DNA from: a virus
IMG/VR virus record: IMGVR_UViG_3300032516_000007
Coordinates: 32,001 to 96,000 of that record
Reading direction: 5' to 3' (one strand)
Length of the DNA stretch: 64,000 nt
Numbering within the stretch: position 1 is the stretch's first letter; each line of letters starts with the position of its first letter. Below the pieces are notes generated by a model. It saw only the letters and a program-made list of their open reading frames with translations. It was not told where the DNA came from and searched no databases. Both the position numbers and the translations under genes were made by a program. Below are positions 27,457 through 34,800 of the stretch, piece by piece.

Positions 27457-30400
27457 ATGATGCTTCCTCTGTGGATCGATCTTGTCAAGGCACGCAAAGG
27501 TGAGCGTGTTGGGGGAAAGTATATCCACAGATGGTGGAACTCTGGTCAGAACAAGTGGAACTACAAGTATTCTGATAAGCCTCACCCCCAGCATGGAATT
27601 CCCTATGTGGCTACTTCCAGCCACACGATTGAGGTTCACCCATCAGTGAAATCTGAAGCCTCACCAGAAGAGGCGTTCCACCAGTCGGCCAGGGCAGAGC
27701 TGAAGCATGGGGAGGAGCAGAAGGCCACATTCAAAAACCCCAGTGGGGAGGTTCTGTTCACGGTCCACGTCAAGCCTGGGCTCGACAATCCTATCCATGT
27801 TGCCCCTCCTGGAACCCAATCAGCTCGGGGGGCTCAGAGGATGGGCAGTTTGCGCCGATTCGAGAATTGGTTTCGTCGGCGTATGACCACACAGACAGTT
27901 TATGATGCTCATGGTGATCCTTGGTTTGATGTGCGGCTTCGTGGTCAGAGTGGTGAGTATCATCGTGAGGGTAAGATTCTGAATCCCAGCGATCGTTTGT
28001 CAGTTCGCTACTACCCTGACAGTCCCTACAATCCCTATCCGAAAGAAGAGACAGCCTGGGTTCCAGGCCCATTTCGTCAGGGCAGCATGAATGAGTGGGT
28101 CAGAGGGGAACATCGAAAACAAAGAGTATCTGGGCAGCGTGTGAAACCTGCCAAAGTTTTTTCAAAGGATGCAAAGCGGCCAGCCACCACGATGCTGGAG
28201 CAGGGGACCATCACTTGGAAGCAGGTTTTTCAACCTAAGAAGGGAAGGGGTGGAAAGTGGTGGAAACGAGTTGCGACGAATCTTAGGAGTAAAGATCAAT
28301 TCTATTCTCGCATTATTCAGGAGCACTTTGGGTTGATTGTGAATCAGGCTATTCGTCAGTTGAAGATCTACTACATCACTGACAAAGATGGTCATCCAGA
28401 TCGAAGAGCAGTGGCTCAGCTACTTGGATACTATGGGGGACCTGGACGCAAGATGAAGGTTCAGGTTGATTCGGATTCTCCTACTCATCGGGCTGTTGAG
28501 AGAGCAGTCAATTCTTATGATCCTGAGAAGGGATGGAGATTCAATACCTACTTGGGTCACTGTGTGTGGTGGGAGCAATTCAAAGAGACCAAGAGGATTC
28601 TGGATCAGATAACTGCCCATAGAAAGCTGATCTCTAGAACTTCAGACAATGCTGGAAACATTCTGGATGAGATTAGTCTGACCCAGGCTGCTCCCGGTCA
28701 TGAAGCGATCATTGGGGCTGGGGTTCATTACCAGACAGCCGAGGAGCACGTATCCCAAGATCAGGAAGTAGTTCAGAATTGGTTGAATCGGCAAGAGGAT
28801 AAGTTGTCACGCTACGTTGTGGCTGAAGATGATCCTGATCGTCAGATGATAGCGTTCAATGCACTTCAGCATCTTGATGCAGTCAAGAACATCCAGCAGG
28901 CCATGGCTTTTGTGGTTCACTATCAGTCCTCGGGTGGTGATGGGTTCGCAGAGCCATTAGAGTCTCCTGAGGATCGCTCAGTGGAGATTGCAACGCCTAG
29001 GCTGACCAAGCAGGAGAAGCTTAACTGGGTGAATCTTGTCACTGAGCACCCAACTCTCACGAATCGAGAGAGGCATGCCCTCCTGGTGCTGGCTCCTACT
29101 GGTGATCTAACTGACATGGTTCCGTTCGATGAAGTTGCATCGAAACTAAACAAAGATCATCCAAAGGAGTTCCCGAGGGAGCCTAGGGTGAATGAGGTGG
29201 TGGACCTTTTCTTGGATGCCTACACGAAACTGGTTGGCTCACCGGAGTTTGAAGCCATGCAGAGGAAGCTGTTCGCTGTTGCCAAGGCTATTGGTATCCT
29301 GAGCAAGGGGATCAAACGGGGAGGGAAGGCTCAGGACTATGAGTACCTTCGCAGAGAGGGCCTGCCTGGTGGCTACAAGTATTTCTACAAGGAGCCTGGA
29401 ACCGAAAACATCATTCGGGGCACAAATGCTCCAGTGGATCATCCTCACCACGATGCGTCCCTTGGGGTGTCTCAAAAGCATCCTCGTGAGCCTGACCCCG
29501 TGAAAGACCCTCAGTATTTTGATCCTCGTAATGGCAGAAAACTCCACCGAGCTGCCCCTGAACATGCTGAGTGGAACAAGAACTACGGTCTGGAGCGTCC
29601 CCTTTCTGCGTGGGTAGCAAAGTGGCCCAAGGCAGATCCGAACAATCCTGATCCCGAATACGCCTACTACCATTCAGATCAGGAAGGTAGAGGGGATCTG
29701 AAGTTCCACGTTAGCAATCGTCATTTCGCTGTGCAGTTGCCCAAGGTGAGGAAACTCTATAGTACCTTGATGAAGAGTAAGGAATTCTCAAGTCGAGTTC
29801 TGGGATTGATGATCTCTCTTCTGGATCAGGTGTATATGCGTCCTGGTAAGAAACAGCATGAGGAGAAGACTGGACATGTTGGGCTGGTTACATTGAAAGT
29901 ATCCAACGTTGTGATGAAGGGTAATGTAGCTACTTTCTCTTATGTGGGTAAGAGGGGAGTGAACATTGTTCACAGTATCACTCTAGATCATCCAACTGCA
30001 AAGATCATGAAGGATCTGATCAAAGCTCCCGGTAAATCACCCAAGGACTATTTGTTCTCTGTTCCGGTCCAAGTTGGTAGGAGAGTCAAATTCCGGGATG
30101 TTGGTTACAACAAGTTGTCCAGGACCCTTGATGAGGCGGTTGGTGTCACTCCCAAGCAATTCAGGATCTATCATGGGACAGAGGCGTTCTCGAGGACGTT
30201 TGAGCAGCTCCTCGAGGGGGTCAAGGGAAGAGTAACCCCCAAGGTTCTAGAAGCACTCACTGAGCAGTCGGCCCTCGAGGTGGCAAGGATGCTGGATCAT
30301 TATGTTGGCAAGGGGGCAGAACAGAAACTTCACAGTCAGACGGCTTTGAAGAGCTATATTGATCCTGTAGTGGTGAGGTCTCTTTATCTCAATGCCCTTA

Positions 30401-30873
30401 CTCCAGATGTGAGCAAGGCATTCAAGCTTCAGGGAACTACAGAATTCCAGGGTCTCCCCATCAGCATTGAAAACAAGAAAGGATCAATTCGTAGGTGGTA
30501 TGATCCCCACGAGAAGAGGAATGGGGTTACTCCCATGCACTTTGATTATGGGTACATTCGTAGGACAGAGGGCATGGATGGAGATCATGTGGATGTCTAT
30601 ATTGGCCCCCACCCTGAGTCCACAATAGCGTTTGTGGTGCATCAGATGAAGGGTCCAGATTTCTTCGAGTTTGATGAAGATAAGGTGATGTTGGGATTCT
30701 CCTCTGCTGATGAGGCCCGATTGGCATACCTCAAACAGTACGACAAGCCTGGGTTCTTTGGTGGGATCACTGCTATTCCGATGGATCAATTCAAGGAGAA
30801 GCTGGCTCAAACCAAAGATCATCCGATGATGCTGAAATCGTTTGTGTGGTTTGGGAATGAGGTGCTTCAGTGA
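27457..30873 (+). CDS. Polyprotein: sigma70-like (regions 2 and 4) + DNA topoisomerase IB + inorganic pyrophosphatase domain
   Basis: Sigma: RIIQEHFGLIVNQA, RAVNSYDPEKGWRFNTY, LTNRERHAL...FDEVASKL. TopoIB pentad: MRPG, VGKRG, KQFRIY, LDH, SYIDP. PPase: ISIENKKGSIR, YGYIRRTEGMDGDHVDVYIG, DEDKVMLGF. Confidence 0.85.
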   Translation: MMLPLWIDLVKARKGERVGGKYIHRWWNSGQNKWNYKYSDKPHPQHGIPYVATSSHTIEVHPSVKSEASPEEAFHQSARAELKHGEEQKATFKNPSGEVLFTVHVKPGLDNPIHVAPPGTQSARGAQRMGSLRRFENWFRRRMTTQTVYDAHGDPWFDVRLRGQSGEYHREGKILNPSDRLSVRYYPDSPYNPYPKEETAWVPGPFRQGSMNEWVRGEHRKQRVSGQRVKPAKVFSKDAKRPATTMLEQGTITWKQVFQPKKGRGGKWWKRVATNLRSKDQFYSRIIQEHFGLIVNQAIRQLKIYYITDKDGHPDRRAVAQLLGYYGGPGRKMKVQVDSDSPTHRAVERAVNSYDPEKGWRFNTYLGHCVWWEQFKETKRILDQITAHRKLISRTSDNAGNILDEISLTQAAPGHEAIIGAGVHYQTAEEHVSQDQEVVQNWLNRQEDKLSRYVVAEDDPDRQMIAFNALQHLDAVKNIQQAMAFVVHYQSSGGDGFAEPLESPEDRSVEIATPRLTKQEKLNWVNLVTEHPTLTNRERHALLVLAPTGDLTDMVPFDEVASKLNKDHPKEFPREPRVNEVVDLFLDAYTKLVGSPEFEAMQRKLFAVAKAIGILSKGIKRGGKAQDYEYLRREGLPGGYKYFYKEPGTENIIRGTNAPVDHPHHDASLGVSQKHPREPDPVKDPQYFDPRNGRKLHRAAPEHAEWNKNYGLERPLSAWVAKWPKADPNNPDPEYAYYHSDQEGRGDLKFHVSNRHFAVQLPKVRKLYSTLMKSKEFSSRVLGLMISLLDQVYMRPGKKQHEEKTGHVGLVTLKVSNVVMKGNVATFSYVGKRGVNIVHSITLDHPTAKIMKDLIKAPGKSPKDYLFSVPVQVGRRVKFRDVGYNKLSRTLDEAVGVTPKQFRIYHGTEAFSRTFEQLLEGVKGRVTPKVLEALTEQSALEVARMLDHYVGKGAEQKLHSQTALKSYIDPVVVRSLYLNALTPDVSKAFKLQGTTEFQGLPISIENKKGSIRRWYDPHEKRNGVTPMHFDYGYIRRTEGMDGDHVDVYIGPHPESTIAFVVHQMKGPDFFEFDEDKVMLGFSSADEARLAYLKQYDKPGFFGGITAIPMDQFKEKLAQTKDHPMMLKSFVWFGNEVLQ

Positions 30874-31865
30874 TCACCACAACTTCAGTTGGAGAGAAGT
30901 TTCAGAAGCCAATCCGAAGATTTGGCAGGTACGTTGCTCTGACTCCAAGTCATCTACATCGGAAGTTGAAGAATGGCCACTACTCAATCATCTCTGCTGG
31001 TGCGAATAGATCTGATCCCAAAGAGAAAGATTTGCCCTGGGATCATCCCATGTTCAAGGAGCGACACGAGAAGCTGAGGCAAGATTTGATCCATCATGGG
31101 CTTGATCACACAGAAGGGATGGGTCACTACGAGGGGAAAGAGCATTCGTTTGTTGTGTACCATGGTCCAGGTGGGAGGACTCCACCGGATGTTTCTGGAA
31201 CCAAATCCTTTATGGTGCATCACGAACATCCCAGTGAGCATGCAACAGTCAGGGACCTTGGGAAAAAGTACAATCAGCAGAGTGTGATTCATTCCTTGGG
31301 TGGTAAGCATGAACTTCATTTTGTGACAGGTGATCATGCAGGGACTCACCACAAGGGAGTGGGCCACGAGATCAAGCCCCATGCCGAAGACTACTATACT
31401 GAGATCAAACACAAGGAACCTCGCTCAACTAAGTTCTCTCTGAACTTAAATTGGGGTACCCATCATCCAGAGCATGAGGCAGTGCTGAAGGCTATGGTTC
31501 CAGAATCAGGAGAGGAAGGGGATGGGGAAGAAGAAGGGAGTTCTCACATCCACCACGTGACTGCTGATCCTCCCGATCAGTTCCCTCATGAGATAGAGTT
31601 TAACCGATGGTTGCACTCTCATCCAATCCATGAGAGTGATCATGAGTGGAATTCAGTCAAGACAATGGGGGGCTTCAAAGATCTCCACATCCCAAGTCCC
31701 GAAGGGGAAGATGATGAGCAATCGTCTGCCGAGTCTGATCGTGCTGGATTCCAAGGTGGTGAACCTGATCAAGGGTCTGATGGGGAGCCCGAGTCCGCAG
31801 AGCCTGAGGACTACTCCTACCTCGACTCTTACCAGCATGGAGATCGAAAGCCTGCTGAAAAGTGA
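30870..31865 (+). CDS. His-rich protein with DUF3293-like domain
   Basis: IISA.....RHEKLRQDL..GHYEGKEHSFVV...DLGKKYNQQSVI. Confidence 0.55.
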   Translation: MITTTSVGEKFQKPIRRFGRYVALTPSHLHRKLKNGHYSIISAGANRSDPKEKDLPWDHPMFKERHEKLRQDLIHHGLDHTEGMGHYEGKEHSFVVYHGPGGRTPPDVSGTKSFMVHHEHPSEHATVRDLGKKYNQQSVIHSLGGKHELHFVTGDHAGTHHKGVGHEIKPHAEDYYTEIKHKEPRSTKFSLNLNWGTHHPEHEAVLKAMVPESGEEGDGEEEGSSHIHHVTADPPDQFPHEIEFNRWLHSHPIHESDHEWNSVKTMGGFKDLHIPSPEGEDDEQSSAESDRAGFQGGEPDQGSDGEPESAEPEDYSYLDSYQHGDRKPAEK

Positions 31866-34800
31866 CCAGCTTGGTTTTGACTACCCCATCCCTGTAGGGG
31901 ATGAGCTGATCAAGGGAAGTCGGCATTCCAAGACTCAACAGCATGCTTGGCAGAAACTTGTTCAAGCTGTGGCCAATATAAAAGGTGCTCCCAATATCGT
32001 AAGACTGAAGGCGGGTGAGGGAGGGTCTATCGACCTGGATGAGCTTGGTGCAGGTGAGGGGGCCTGGGTCACTCCTCATAGCGGTCCTGCTGCTGGTAGA
32101 CACATTCTGGTAGTGAAGAGACCAAATGGTGATCTTGTTCTGCTGGGTGGTCTCAACAAGCCCAACACCAGGATCGATGACAAGACGGACAAAGAGTATC
32201 TGGTTGACGATCAAGGTCGTGATATCCGTGAGGCGTCTCCCGAGGACTACCTCTCAAATCTGGCTAAGAGACACTTTCCATTCAAAGCCAAAGAAAAGCC
32301 TACTTATGAGACTAAGAAAGAGAAGGAGCGTAAAGCAGAAGCTCAGGTTTTCGCTGAGCGAAAGGCGAAAGTTCGAGTTGAGTATAAGGGGGCTCGAAAA
32401 GTAGCTCGTAAGCTAGTCAAGGAGCATCACAAGAATCTTCGTGAAACTCTTGGTCTGGCTGAGGGAACAACTCTCAGCCAAAAGTCGGAAAACAAGATCA
32501 AAGATTCATTTGAAAAGGCTGCTGGGGACACCCTCAAAAGTCTTGGGGTTGAGATCGACAAGGATACCAAGAAGTACATTTCCGAATTTGCAAACCGTGC
32601 GACGGGTAGTTTCCGTCGAGAGCGAAGAAAGAAGATTGATAGAGTCGAGGAGACTATTCTTGACGCTGCCAAGAAGGGTGGGCAGGGCAAGGACATTGCA
32701 GGTCATTTGCAAAAGATTCGTCAGATTGCCAAACAGATCAAGATCAGTGCAGCTCCGGTTCAGGATATGCTCGAGGAGGGTCTTGACGCATTTCGGACTG
32801 GGGACATGGAGAAGGCCAATGAGATTCTCAAAAAGGCTGCTGATGCTGCGGTAGCTGCTTCCTTTGACCATGCAGAACAGGAGGCCATGAAAGAGGTTGA
32901 GGTCCCGTCTGAGGATGCCACATTGGGCAATCAGGGTAACGTACCCAGTGGTGGTACCGCTCCAGAAATGATCGATATGATCGACAAAGATCCTAATGCC
33001 ACCACAGCTCCTTCTGGAATGGATTTCACAAAGGCTCTTTCTAGACTCAAGGGATCACATGAGCGGGAGAAGGAACGGAAGCGACAAGAGAAGGAGAAGA
33101 AGGTAACTCAGGTTCCTCAGTACGCTCAGGTGGATGCTGAGCCCGACTTCGAGACGGAGGCCGATCAGAAGGCTTTCTACGATCAGGTGGGTGAGGCTCA
33201 GAAGACTTTTGCGGCGGCTCGTGTTGCTCAAGATCGCGCCAGGGAGATGATCAACAAGATCTCTGAGGAGGCAGCCGCAGCCGGTGTTGAGGATCGTCCC
33301 AGGACGGCTGTGTCTCCAGAGGAGTTTGCTGTTTCGCTTCAGGATATCGAGACAGCAATGGCTTCAACTGGAGTGACCCCGAAAGAGATCAAGAAGGAGA
33401 TGGCGCTTCTGGAAACGGCTCAGAACTACACTACTCCCAATCAGCCTGGGATGTACACGGTCATCAATGAGTTTTGGAATGATCATTCTGGCAATCTTCT
33501 TGATCCCTACATGAGGATGGGTTCTGAGTATGCTTTGGCTGGTTTGCTGTCAACTCATCTACCCAAGGAGGTTTTGGAGACTCCAGAAGTGAGTGGACTT
33601 CTTGGTAAGATTGCTACCAAGGTTAAGCTGAATGAGAGGACAAATCAGTTTGAGATTCCTGGTGGCAAATCATTGGTTCGGGTCAACTATGGAGGGCTTG
33701 TCCAGAGAACCTCTGCATCTGTTGCTCCGGTGATTGTGGCACGTCGGCTGGCTCAACTGGCTAGCCGTGGGGAAATGGAGAAGGAGAAGATTGCGGAGAT
33801 TGAAAGACGGCAGAAAGAAGAGAAGCTTTCTGTTCGTGAGCGAATGGAGTTAGGCAAGGAAGTGAAGCGGCTTCGGAATAGTCCATTTGCCAAGCATTTT
33901 GGCAATGAGGAATTTAGGAATCTGATCAACTCCGTTGAGAAGAATAACGCTGGGTGGTGGGAGGTAGACCCCTCTGGCCAGCAGATTCATCATCCATCGT
34001 CTCTCCTCTCCACAGAAGAAAAGGCAATGGAGGCTGATCGGAAGATTGCTACGCAGATTGAGTTGATTGAGGCACAAACAAAAACTGGTGAAATGCTGTC
34101 TTCAGAGGACAAATTGGGCATGGAGGGGGAGATCAATCCTCGTAGTAAACTTGGTAGAATGGTTCAGAAGGCAGAGGTTCTTGAGTCTCTGCGTCAGCGG
34201 CGTCAGGAGAACCTGGGTTTGGCTTTGGGATCTCTAGAAACATCAGCTACTCTCGCTGTAGCTCTGCATGAAGCCCATTTGAAAACCAGTGCTGCCAGGG
34301 CTGGCCTTACCAGGGTTCCGGAAGAGACCAGGACAGCTCATCAGCTCAATACCGAAATCAACGATCTGAAATCTCAGATTATTGATCCTAAGCTTTCCTA
34401 TAATGAGCAAAAGGCTTTGGGTAGGAGGGTGAGGGATCTAGAGAGCAGACTTGGGACTATTGTCAGCTCACCAACTATCCCTACCCATGATGATGTGAGG
34501 ATCGATATTCCTGGACCTGTGAGTCATCCTGATCCAGATCAGCAATTACTTCTGAGGCAGACTCAGACGATTGCTGCACGAGATTATGCTCGGAATCAGT
34601 TGGGCCTCGATGAGTCTGAGATTCATGAAGCTGAGGGATCTGCTGTTGCAATACCAAGAGGTAAGCTAGCAGCTATTGGTATTGATAAAAATGGGGCTCA
34701 TGTGAGGTTGCGGATCGGTGGTCCTCTTACCCCTGAAGATGTAGAGCGTGAAGCATCTGAAGCATCTGGGGGGAAGAAAAAGAAGAGGAAGGCACGGGGT

